Below, piece by piece: positions 10,155 through 18,670 of a stretch of 64,000 bases of DNA. The stretch is taken from the sequence record NZ_CP072388.1. One strand, 5' to 3'. Position numbers and translations under genes: made by a program. The stretch is from a plasmid. How positions within the stretch are numbered: the stretch's first letter is position 1; the number at the start of each line of letters is the position of its first letter. The notes below the pieces were generated by a model. It made no database searches. It was not told the origin of the DNA and saw only the letters and a list, made by a program, of their open reading frames with translations.

Positions 10155-10339
10155 AGCGAGGAGAGGGACCTGCGCTCTCTTCGACGGAAGAACGGGACCC
10201 GGAAATCCCTCCTCGGCACTGCTGCGCCGGGCCGGCCGCACCGCGCCGGAAGTTGGACCGGTTGCGCGCGGGCCGCGGGCCAGGGAAGGCGCGGTGCGGA
10301 TCGCCAGCGCCGGCACAACGCCCTGCTCGTGACCATCGG

Positions 10340-11689
10340 CTACAGCTCGAGGCGCTGGAGGGCCTGGAGGTAGCCCTCGTTGTAGGTGGGGAACTGGGCG
10401 ACCTGGTCCAGGAGCCGGTCCACCGGTATCTGCTCACGGACGGCCAGCGCGGCGGTGTGGATCCACTCACTGGCCTGGGGGCCGAGCGCCCAGGCGCCGA
10501 CGAGCACCCGGCGGTCGCGGTCGGCGAGCACACCCAGGTGCCCGCGCGGGTCGCGTTCGTAGGTCCACGGCCTAGCGATCGCGTCAGCGAGGTCGACCTC
10601 CGTGGACGCCACCGGCAGGCCCCGGTCCCGGGCCTGCCGGCTGGTCATCCCCACCGCGGCGATCTCCGGGTCGGCGAACACCACCCGGGGGATGCCGTCG
10701 TACCGGGCCGTGCGCGACCTGCCCAGGATGTTGTCAGCCACCACACGGGCCTGGTACTTCGCGACGTGCGTGAACAGCATGACGCCGGTGACGTCTCCCA
10801 GTCCCCAGACGCCGGCGCCCGCGTGGCACTTATCGTCGACGACGAGCTCGCCTCTCTCGCCGACCTGCACCCCGACCGTGTCCAGCCCGAGGTCGGCGGT
10901 GCGTGGGCGCCGCCCGGCGCCCACGACGATGACATCGCAACGCACCTCGCCGCCCCCGTCGACTTCCACCACCGTGTCCTGGCCTTCGCGCCGGACCCGG
11001 GCGGCGGTGGCACCGGTGCGCACGTCGATGCCCTCATCCCTGACGTACCGCTCGGTGAGTTCTCCGACGCGCGGGTCCTCCCGAGGCAACAGCCGCTCAG
11101 TCTGTTCGAGGATGGTGACCTCGGCGCCGTACCGGTGCAGGAACAGGCTCAGCTCCACGCCGACGGCGCTGCCGCCGACGATCACCACGCGGTCGGGAAT
11201 CTCGGTCAGCGTGGTGGCCTCGCGGTTCGTCCACACCGGCGCCTGGTCCAGCCCCTCGATGGGCGGGACGACGGGATCGGACCCGGTGGCGACGACGATG
11301 TGCTCGGCCGTCAGCCGCTGCCCTTCGACATCCACCGAGCCCGGAGCGGTGATCCGGGCGGCGCCCTTGATTACGGTGGCGCCGGACTTCTCGTAGCCGC
11401 TGACCTGCTTGCTGTCATCGAGGTGGCGGATCATGTAGTCGCGGTAGTCGCGCGTGGCCGGCCAGTCCAGCCCGGCACCGTCCACCCCCGCGGCCCGGTC
11501 GACTCCGCCCTTGGCCTCCGGAGGGCGCAACACCGTCTTGGAGGGGATGCATGCCCAGTACGCGCACTCCCCACCGATGAGCTCACGTTCAACGACGGCG
11601 ACCCGCTTGCCCGCCTCCAGCAGCTTGCTGGCAACCACCTCACCCCCCGGGCCCATCCCGATGACAATGGCATCAAATCGATCATCCAT
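10340..11689 (-). CDS. Class-I pyridine nucleotide-disulfide oxidoreductase (MerA-like / dihydrolipoamide dehydrogenase family)
   Basis: GGECAYWACIPSK CxxxxC redox centre, two Rossmann motifs (GMGPGG, GGSAVG), dimerisation domain. No C-terminal CC pair. Confidence 0.75.
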   Translation of the reverse strand: MDDRFDAIVIGMGPGGEVVASKLLEAGKRVAVVERELIGGECAYWACIPSKTVLRPPEAKGGVDRAAGVDGAGLDWPATRDYRDYMIRHLDDSKQVSGYEKSGATVIKGAARITAPGSVDVEGQRLTAEHIVVATGSDPVVPPIEGLDQAPVWTNREATTLTEIPDRVVIVGGSAVGVELSLFLHRYGAEVTILEQTERLLPREDPRVGELTERYVRDEGIDVRTGATAARVRREGQDTVVEVDGGGEVRCDVIVVGAGRRPRTADLGLDTVGVQVGERGELVVDDKCHAGAGVWGLGDVTGVMLFTHVAKYQARVVADNILGRSRTARYDGIPRVVFADPEIAAVGMTSRQARDRGLPVASTEVDLADAIARPWTYERDPRGHLGVLADRDRRVLVGAWALGPQASEWIHTAALAVREQIPVDRLLDQVAQFPTYNEGYLQALQRLEL

Positions 11690-12093
11690 CCGTTGACCTC
11701 CTCTTCAGGGGTGGCGACGTGCACCGACTCAACGGCCGGCTGCACAACGGCCCACCCTCGCACCAGCCGTCTGAAACGGTGAGCGTAAGACGCGCTAGGC
11801 CATCAGGCCCATCAGGCCTACACGTGCACCGATGGCTTCGGCCGGCGGCACCCGGCCGGCATAGGCGCAGCCGTCGTCGACACCCGAGCGGGGGAAGTGG
11901 GCCCTCTGGCGGACTTCTCCGCTGGCCATCACGTGGTGGGCGTGCGCAAGGCACTCAAGACGGAGGATGGCGAGGTCGGTCCCGAGAGAAGAGAAGCCAG
12001 AGCCCGCCAGGTGCCCCAATGACCTGCCCTGGACCCCAGTATCGCCGCTAGTGGGGCCGGGCCAGCCGATCCTGAAGTCAACTTCGGACATCC

Positions 12094-12118
12094 GTGCAGG
12101 CGACTCCGAACATTGACA
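12094..12118. repeat. Transposon terminal inverted repeat (IRi side): gtgcaggcgactccgaacattgaca
   Basis: Reverse complement matches the left IR at 17/25. Ends ...GAACATTGACA, compare Tn5053 ...GAAAATGACA. Confidence 0.55.
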
Positions 12119-12146
12119 GCGACCGCCTCGACACGCCGAGACAACA

Positions 12147-12206
12147 TGTCGCAGAACTAGTGTCCGGAAACCCCCGGTGTCGCAGAACGCGGTCCGGGGG
12201 TTTTCG
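12147..12206. promoter_or_regulatory. res-like site upstream of resolvase: 2x TGTCGCAGAAC direct repeats interleaved with ccggaaaccccc / gggggttttcg inverted arms
   Basis: Seen directly in sequence, 15-75 nt upstream of the serine recombinase start. The arrangement is typical of Tn3-family res subsites. Confidence 0.45.
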
Positions 12207-12220
12207 CTACCGTCGCGGCC

Positions 12221-12802
12221 ATGGCACACGTCTACGGGTATGCCCGGGTCTCCACCACGGCGCAGAACCTCGACGCCCAGGTCGACGCCCTCACCGGCAC
12301 CGGCGGCGTCGACGAGCGCGACGTCGTCGTGGAAAAGGCCTCCGGGCGCCGTGAGGACCGGCCCGAGCTCGCCCGACTGCTCGCCGGGCTACGCGAGGGA
12401 GACACGCTCGTCGTGACGAAGCTCGACAGGCTCGGCCGCTCGGCCGCGCACGTCGCACGCCTCGTGCGCGACCTCGACGACCGCGGCGTCACGCTCCGGT
12501 CGCTGTCGGAGACGATCGACACCTCGAGCGCGACCGGGCGGCTCATGGTGCACGTACTCGCCGCCGTCGCGCAGATGGAAGCCGACCTCGCCCGCGAACG
12601 CACCCTCGACGGCCTCGCGGCCGCGCGCGCCCGGGGCAGGGTCGGCGGCCGCCCGAGCGTCATGACGCCGGACCGTGTCGCGGCCGCGCGCGTAGCGCTG
12701 GCCGGCGGCCAGTCACGCGCGGCCGTCGCGCGCGCACTCGGTGTCTCCCGAGACACCCTGTACCGCCACCTCGCCACGATCACGGCTGGGGGTGCCTCAT
12801 GA
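12221..12802 (+). CDS. Serine recombinase (resolvase/invertase family)
   Basis: MAHVYGYARVSTTAQNLDAQ catalytic Ser motif, C-terminal HTH (SRDTLYRHL). Confidence 0.85.
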   Translation: MAHVYGYARVSTTAQNLDAQVDALTGTGGVDERDVVVEKASGRREDRPELARLLAGLREGDTLVVTKLDRLGRSAAHVARLVRDLDDRGVTLRSLSETIDTSSATGRLMVHVLAAVAQMEADLARERTLDGLAAARARGRVGGRPSVMTPDRVAAARVALAGGQSRAAVARALGVSRDTLYRHLATITAGGAS

Positions 12803-13974
12803 GCGATTCCGGTTCCGTCTTCGGCCCTGGGCCGCGTCACGATGCCTCGCCGGCCTCGCACCGGGAGTCCTCAGCTCAGTTCCTCGAGCGCGTCGCCGGG
12901 GACTACTGGCAGGCGGTGCGCGACCTCCTCGACGACTGGCTAGGCCGCGTGCCGCCACCGGAGCGGCGCGATCTGATGGGCCGCCTCCGGCGCGCAGAGG
13001 ACCACACCTTCCGGGCGGCGTTCCTCGAGCTCTACCTGCACGAGTCGCTGGTCCAGTCGGGCTTCGACGTGGAGTTTCATCCCGAGGTGCCGGGCGTCCG
13101 TCGACGGCCAGACTTCCTCGCCCTCTCCACGAGCTCGACGTTCTACCTCGAGGCGCGGTCGCCGAGCACGGCCACGAACAAGCGAGCGAGTGCCGGGCGG
13201 GTTGGTGACGTCCACGACGCGCTCAACAGGGTCGACAGCCCGAACTTCTGGCTCTGGATCGATGTCGAAGCAGAGGGCGGCCGACCTCTCGCCACCAAGG
13301 GTCTACGGGCACAGCTCGAGGGCTGGCTCGCAGGCCTCGACCCGGACAGCGAGACCTCCCACGAGGAGCTGCCGTCCTACCACTGGGAGCGGGAAGGTTG
13401 GCAGATCAGGTTCCGCGCCCTGCCCAAGAGTCCTGCCGCGCGGGGGAGCGGAACCGGGCTGCGTCCCCTCGCGGTCTACGGGGGAAGTCATGCGGAGTGG
13501 GTCGACGACGCCGGCGTGCTCAAGGACGCACTGTCCGACAAGGGCAACGCGTACGGATTACCGGAACACGGCCTCGTCGTCGCGATCGGGACCTCGTTCT
13601 TCTCGCGCGACGACTTCGGCGTCAAGAACGCGCTATACGGCCCCGAGCAATGGGTGCTTGATCGCGAGGGCCGCGAGTTCGTCGAGGTCACCAGGGGACC
13701 CGGTGGGTACTTCCATGCTGGCAACGGTCAGTGGGCGCACCAGCACGTGTCCGGGGTCTTGATCGTGAACAACCTCCACCACTGCGGGATCCCCCAGCAG
13801 AGACCGACCTTCTGGGCCAACCCACAAGCGAGCCGCGAGGTGGTGGCGCTAGATGCCTGGGACGTCGTCGCGTTGCGCGACGGTCACCTCGAGCGAACGC
13901 ACGCCGCCGTCGGCCACCGTGAGCTCTTCCAGCTTCCCGAACCGTGGCCCCCGGGCGAGGCGTTCCCGAAGTAG
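12799..13974 (+). CDS. Hypothetical protein, possible PD-(D/E)xK-like nuclease fold (uncharacterised)
   Basis: ATG overlaps resolvase stop (ATGA). Motif E..PDFLAL...YLEAR resembles a degenerate PD-(D/E)xK. No other recognisable domain. Confidence 0.45.
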   Translation: MSDSGSVFGPGPRHDASPASHRESSAQFLERVAGDYWQAVRDLLDDWLGRVPPPERRDLMGRLRRAEDHTFRAAFLELYLHESLVQSGFDVEFHPEVPGVRRRPDFLALSTSSTFYLEARSPSTATNKRASAGRVGDVHDALNRVDSPNFWLWIDVEAEGGRPLATKGLRAQLEGWLAGLDPDSETSHEELPSYHWEREGWQIRFRALPKSPAARGSGTGLRPLAVYGGSHAEWVDDAGVLKDALSDKGNAYGLPEHGLVVAIGTSFFSRDDFGVKNALYGPEQWVLDREGREFVEVTRGPGGYFHAGNGQWAHQHVSGVLIVNNLHHCGIPQQRPTFWANPQASREVVALDAWDVVALRDGHLERTHAAVGHRELFQLPEPWPPGEAFPK

Positions 13975-13984
13975 GGTCCTCGCC

Positions 13985-14236
13985 GTGGTGTACCCGTCGC
14001 GTCCCGTGCTCGAGGTGTTGCCGCAGTTCCGCGGTGACCTCAAGAACGGCTACAACCGATTCCAGCGCGACAGGTTCGACCGGTTCGTGGCCGAGCAGTA
14101 CGTCGCGGGGCGGTCGCTGCGCGAGATCGGGGAGCTGACCGGGCGCACGCAGACGGCCGTGCGCGCCAGCCTCGACCGCACGGGCACGCCGCGGCGCGGA
14201 CGGGGTGCGCAGCGCGTGTCCGAGGGGGCCCGGTGA
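13985..14236 (+). CDS. Small HTH-containing protein (start uncertain)
   Basis: RSLREIGELTGRTQTAVRASLDR helix-turn-helix. Stop overlaps the next gene start (ATGA). Confidence 0.35.
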   Translation: MVYPSRPVLEVLPQFRGDLKNGYNRFQRDRFDRFVAEQYVAGRSLREIGELTGRTQTAVRASLDRTGTPRRGRGAQRVSEGAR

Positions 14237-14703
14237 CGGCGAGCGGGATGACCTCGTCGCAGCTCGCGGCGGAGTTCGGGGTGACGCGCGCGGCGGTGAA
14301 CAAGGTGTTGCGTTCGACGTACGGCCCGGCCGAGGGCGCTCGGCGGCTCCTCAACGATCAGCAGGTGGCCGAGGTGCGCGCACACTTCGCCGCGGTCGCG
14401 GCACGGCGCGCCGCCCGTGAGCAGCCGCGCACGTGCGTGGTCGAGGAGTGCGAGCGGCCGGGGATCGGCGAGCGCGGGTGGTGCACGTCGCACCGGGAGC
14501 GGTGGCGCCGGGCGGGCACGTTCGAGGCCGGCAGGCCAGGCGCGAACCAGCTCGCCAAGACGCACTGCCCCCAGGGGCACGAGTACTCGCCCGAGAACAC
14601 GTTCTCGTACCCCTCGGAGCCCGGGCGGCGGCGCTGCTTCACCTGCCGGCACGGACGCCCACCCGAGCCCGCCGACAGCACGCCGGAGGCGCCTGCCGGT
14701 TGA
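14233..14703 (+). CDS. HTH + HNH-type zinc-ribbon DNA-binding protein (actinophage-like)
   Basis: N-terminal HTH (SSQLAAEFGVTRAAVNKVL). CVVEECERPGIGERGWCTSHRERWRRAG plus a second C/H cluster. A paralog lies at 60279-60605. Confidence 0.55.
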   Translation: MTASGMTSSQLAAEFGVTRAAVNKVLRSTYGPAEGARRLLNDQQVAEVRAHFAAVAARRAAREQPRTCVVEECERPGIGERGWCTSHRERWRRAGTFEAGRPGANQLAKTHCPQGHEYSPENTFSYPSEPGRRRCFTCRHGRPPEPADSTPEAPAG

Positions 14704-14775
14704 CGGCCTGAACGCGCGGGCGCGCGGGAGGGTGCCGGCGAGGCGTGAGGTCGCGGGCCGGGTGATCGTGAGGGT

Positions 14776-15018
14776 GTGGGCGTCTCCTTGCCGCTGTCAC
14801 CGTCGGTCGCGGTCGCGGTCGCGGTCGCGCTGGCTCGGGCGGTGGAGCCTGACCCGGAGCTGGTGCGCGCGCTGGTGCAGGCGTGTGCGACGGCGTGCGC
14901 GGCGTGCGGGGCTGAGTGTGAGCAACACGCGCAGATGCACGAGCACTGCGCGGTGTGTGCGCGGGCGTGCCGGTCATGCGAAGAGGCGTGCCGGACGCTG
15001 CTGGCCGCGCCGGGATGA
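14776..15018 (+). CDS. Cys-rich four-helix-bundle copper-binding protein (DUF326 repeats), short form or N-terminally truncated
   Basis: ACATACAACGAECEQHAQMHEHCAVCARACRSCEEAC matches the DUF326 CxxxC repeat pattern. In-frame stop at 14746 limits the N-terminus. Confidence 0.5.
   Translation: MGVSLPLSPSVAVAVAVALARAVEPDPELVRALVQACATACAACGAECEQHAQMHEHCAVCARACRSCEEACRTLLAAPG
14805..14828. repeat. (GGTCGC)4 hexanucleotide tandem repeat inside the DUF326 ORF
   Basis: Encodes the VAVAVAVA tract. Potential slippage site. Confidence 0.5.
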
Positions 15019-15256
15019 GCCCCGTAGAGAGCGGTCCGGCACGCTGGCAGGTACGAAGGCAAGAGTACGGAAGTCCGTCGGGCGACACCTTGGCGGGCGA
15101 GGCCTGGCGGCGCACTGCACGGTCATGTGAAGCCGACGCCCCGCCTGTCTGTGTCGCGGACTCGCTTCACGAGCGAGTCGGGGTAGCGGTCTGGGTGACG
15201 CCAGCAAGGGTGCTTCTCCTGGACGTTCATCCGATCGTGCTTTCATCCACGCGGGG

Positions 15257-16508
15257 CTAGGGCGTGTCTCCCAATGCGTTCGCGGCGTCGCTCGCGGTCT
15301 CTAGGCTTGCCGCCATGGGTCTGAAGCGGTGGTTCGCAGAGCGCCGAGCACGACGGTTGGCGACGCTCCCGGGCGATTGTCCCGAGTGTGGGCATCGTTG
15401 GGACGAGCATGCGGGGTCGGGCAACGACTGCGACGGGGTGTGCGGTGAGTGTGCGTACGAGCTCGAGCACGGTCGGCGGATTTCGGACGCTCCCCTGTGT
15501 CGACGGCAGTGGGTGCGGTCAGCGCAGGGCGCGAGTCCAGATGAGGCAGGCCGATAGAACGACAGCAGCGCGGTAGGTGATGGCGAGCTTGTCGTACCGG
15601 GTGGCGAGTCCGCGCCATTGCTTGGTATGCGCGAAGGAGCGTTCGACGATGTTGCGTTGCTTGTACAGCTCGGCGTCGAGGGCGGGTGGCCGCCCGCCGG
15701 CTGAGCCCTTGTGCAGGCGGGCCGCGGCGGAGTCCTTCTTCTCGGGGACGACGGCCTTGATCCCACGGGCGCGCAAGTGCTTTCGGATCGGACCGGTCGC
15801 ATACGCCCGGTCTGCCAGGACGGCGTCAGGAGTGGTGCGCGGACGGCCCGGCCCGAGCCGCGGGACCCGGATGTCGGCGAGCACCTCGACCAGCATGGCG
15901 CCGTCGTTGCGCTGTCCGCCAGTGATGACCACCGCCAGCGGGCGCCCGCGCCCGTCGACGGCATGATGGATCTTGGAAGTCAGCCCGCCGCGCGAGCGTC
16001 CTATGCCGTGACCTGCAGGTTCACGCTTGCCGCCGAGCGAGCTGTAGACGAACCCGATAGGCGGGCCCGTGTGATTCGCTCCTGCCCCCTGTGTCCTGAT
16101 CAGGGCGCGTCGTGTTCGTCGCGTGCTGGTGGGCGCGGTTGATCGTGGCGTCCACGCTCACGGTCCAGTCGATCTTCCCTTCGGCGTCCGCAGCCGCCAG
16201 AAGCGCAGCCAGAACCATGTCCCACGTGCCATCGTCGGCGTACCGGCGGTGTCGCTTCCAGACCGTCTTCCAAGACCCGAAGTGCTCCCGAGGCAGGTCT
16301 CGCCACGGGATTCCGGTCCGATACCGGTAGATGATCCCCTCGACCACCTTCCGGTTGTCCCAGAAGGGATGCCCACGCCGGCCCAAGCTCGACGGCAGCA
16401 GCGGCTCAATCTGCTCCCACTGCGCATCCGTCAGCGACTGAAACCAGGACGACGTCACTCGCTGAGCATGCCCCGCCTCTGCTCACGGATATGGGAGACA
16501 CGCCCTAG
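15257..16508 (-). mobile_element. IS5-family insertion sequence (IS427-group-like), 1252 bp including CTAG ends
   Basis: Perfect terminal IRs (ctagggcgtgtctccca at 15257-15273 with reverse complement at 16492-16508). Flanking CTAG (or TA) direct duplication. Two-frame transposase inside. Confidence 0.8.
15519..16458 (-). CDS. IS427-group transposase OrfA/OrfB (two frames, probable -1 frameshift near 16035-16070)
   Basis: OrfA: LTDAQWEQIEPLLP...GIIYRYRTGIPWRDLPREHFGSWKTVWKRHRRY. OrfB frame reads GGLTSKIHHAVDGRGRPLAVVITGGQRNDG...YKQRNIVERSFAHTKQWRGLATRYDK (DDE_Tnp_1_2). Confidence 0.8.
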
Positions 16509-17125
16509 GGCGTCTGACAGCTTCGCAGAGCGGTGCCGGTGAAGTCCGGGACGGGACGTGTGTCAGCTTGTTCGGAGGTGGTGGCGAGGCCGTTCTCCTC
16601 GATGTCAGTGATGAGCCAGTCCATCTCGGCGATCTCGCGCTTCTGAGCCTCGCTGATCTCCACCGCGAGCTCGCACACCCGGACATCCGAGATCTGTGCG
16701 CGTTCCGAGCGGGTGATGGCCAAGGAGTGGTGCGGGATCATCGCCCGCATGAACGCGGTGTCGCCGACGGTGATCTGGCTGCGGTCCAGTGCCGCGCCGC
16801 CCACCAGCAGGACGAGGCTCGCCGCGACGATCGCGATGTTGGCCTTGGTGTTCTTGTACATGTTGAGCATCCAGCCGAGCATGATCAGCCCCATGGTGCC
16901 GCCCATGGTGACGGCCATGAAGACCCGGCTTTGGCTGAAGCGGACGTGGCCCCACTCCCAGGAGCCGACGAACATCACCCAGTACATGACCACCATTGCG
17001 GTGAGGATCATCGCCGCGAACCGCAGGTACATGCCGCGCATCTGGCGTGCGTGTTGGTCGTCCTGCTTTGGCTCCTGCGAGTGCTGCTGATCGTTCTGAG
17101 CGTTGGCATCGTGCCGAGCATCCAT
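16505..17125 (-). CDS. DUF305-domain protein (copper-resistance associated)
   Basis: FMRAMIPHHSLAI and REIAEMDWLI motifs. Stop codon TAG lies inside the IS target duplication. Confidence 0.7.
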   Translation of the reverse strand: MDARHDANAQNDQQHSQEPKQDDQHARQMRGMYLRFAAMILTAMVVMYWVMFVGSWEWGHVRFSQSRVFMAVTMGGTMGLIMLGWMLNMYKNTKANIAIVAASLVLLVGGAALDRSQITVGDTAFMRAMIPHHSLAITRSERAQISDVRVCELAVEISEAQKREIAEMDWLITDIEENGLATTSEQADTRPVPDFTGTALRSCQTP

Positions 17126-17502
17126 CGAAGGGCACCTCCTTGTACGTCACGACGCAGGTTCCGGTCGTGCCGGGCTCCGTCTGAAGCGCGTGGTCGGTCC
17201 TACGGTTCATGTAGCAACCCGTCCTGGGCAGCAGGGACCCTCGACGCTACGAGCCGCTTCTGGTACTCGCAGCCAGGCAACGCTGGCCGACGCTATTTCG
17301 TAGGCTCGGTGGTTGGGGGGCGGTGCGTGACGGCGTGTGCGGGGCCATGCGTGAAGATGGAGGCACGAGTCCAGCATGGTGTGCGTGCAAGCACGACGGG
17401 TGCGCGATGAAGCATGCCGGGCGGTGCTCACCGTGCTGGGATCAGGGGCGGAGGAGCCCGGTCGTGGAACTTCTCCGGAGCGGTGGTTAGGCTTACGCGG
17501 AC

Positions 17503-17946
17503 ATGCATCTGATGGCCGCTTTCCGTTCGCTGCTCGCTGGGCGCCGGCGAGGATTTTCGGGTGCCCTGCTGATCGCCGCGCTGCTGCTGGGTGTCGTGAC
17601 GATGCATGCGATGAGTGGGTCGCCCAACGCCCACTTCGGGCCGGCGGCAGCGATCATGTCCAGCGCGGATCACGACGCGGCGGCCCCCATCCACTCCCAC
17701 GACTTGGCGGCTCAGGGGACGAGCGAGAACCACGAGCAGGGCGGCTGCGTCGACTGCGGCGGGCACGAGATGGCATCGGCCATGTGTCTGATGGTCTTGG
17801 TCGTGCTGCTCGCCTTTGCCCGGCCCGGCACCGGCCTCCTGGCGCGCCTGGCCCCCGTGTGGTCACGCCTCCTCGAGCCGGGCCGGGCGCGTCCTCACTA
17901 CGGCTCCGCGCCGTCGCTGCATCTTCTCGGGATCTCTCGGACGTAG
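17503..17946 (+). CDS. Small His/Cys-rich membrane protein, DUF6153-like (start uncertain)
   Basis: N-terminal TM helix then HxxxH...HSHD...GGCVDCGGHE pattern. Sits between two DUF305 genes. Confidence 0.35.
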   Translation: MHLMAAFRSLLAGRRRGFSGALLIAALLLGVVTMHAMSGSPNAHFGPAAAIMSSADHDAAAPIHSHDLAAQGTSENHEQGGCVDCGGHEMASAMCLMVLVVLLAFARPGTGLLARLAPVWSRLLEPGRARPHYGSAPSLHLLGISRT

Positions 17947-18040
17947 GAACCGCACGCCGTCGACGCTTCCGCGTCGACCGTTTCGCCCCCTTCCAGGGGC
18001 GCGTGTGGTTGCTGAGTACCGAGTTGAGAGGTCCATTCCC

Positions 18041-18670
18041 ATGAAACTGAAGCGTGTGCTTGCGCCAGCGATCGCGCTGGTGACCGTCGTGAGTCTCGCG
18101 GCGTGCTCGAACGACGACGACCCCGGGAACGGGATGGCGTCGATGACTCCCATGGCGGAGGCCCAGGAGCGTGAGCGCTCGGGTGAGGGCGACGTGTTCA
18201 ATCAGCAGGACATGATGTTCGCCCAGATGATGGTTCCCCACCACGAGCAGGCGATCGAGATGTCCGACGTCATCTTGGCCAAGGACGGCGTGGACGCCCA
18301 GATCACGGGCCTGGCGAACCAGATCAAGGACGCACAGGGGCCCGAGATCGAGCAGCTGAATACCTGGCTTGAGGAGTGGGGCTCGCCGATGCCCGAGTCC
18401 GACTCGATGGATCACGAGTCCATGGGCCACGGGTCCATGGACGGGATGATGAGCGAAGAGGACATGCAGGCCCTGCAGGACGCGCAGGGTGCCGAGGCAG
18501 GGCGGCTGTTCCTCGAGCAGATGATCGTTCACCACCAGGGTGCCATCGAGATGGCGCAGACCGAGGTGGACGATGGCAAGCACGAGGACGCTGTCGCGAT
18601 GGCGCAGCAGATCGTCGAGACCCAGCAGGACGAGATCTCCACCATGGAAGACCTGCTCGCCTCGATGTGA
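18041..18670 (+). CDS. DUF305-domain lipoprotein
   Basis: Lipobox LAAC. Two MMVPHHEQAIEM / MIVHHQGAIEM repeats. RBS gagagg upstream of ATG 18041. Confidence 0.8.
   Translation: MKLKRVLAPAIALVTVVSLAACSNDDDPGNGMASMTPMAEAQERERSGEGDVFNQQDMMFAQMMVPHHEQAIEMSDVILAKDGVDAQITGLANQIKDAQGPEIEQLNTWLEEWGSPMPESDSMDHESMGHGSMDGMMSEEDMQALQDAQGAEAGRLFLEQMIVHHQGAIEMAQTEVDDGKHEDAVAMAQQIVETQQDEISTMEDLLASM

Larger units (their letters stand above)
2621..12118. mobile_element. Tn5053/Tn402-family transposon (tniABQ-res-tniR) carrying merR-merA-merB plus flavoprotein reductase
   Basis: 25-bp imperfect terminal inverted repeats bound tni and mer genes. The left IR resembles canonical Tn5053 IR TGTCATTTTCAGAAGACGACTGCAC at 17/25 positions and the IRs match each other at 17/25. 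No matching 5-bp flanks (gcaag / gcgac). Confidence 0.7.

Noticed and set aside
2616-12123. Looked for a 5-bp target-site duplication flanking the Tn402-family element
   Set aside because: Flanks are gcaag and gcgac (3/5 match). No intact TSD could be supported, so none is annotated.
15264-15557. 97-aa ORF starting with GTG inside the IS terminal inverted repeat
   Set aside because: A start inside the IR is implausible. Only the shorter ATG-15314 version is mentioned as a possible passenger ORF, at low confidence.
16568-17410. 280-aa plus-strand ORF opposite the DUF305 gene
   Set aside because: Antisense frame of a gene with clear DUF305 motifs. Asp/His/Gly-rich artefact.
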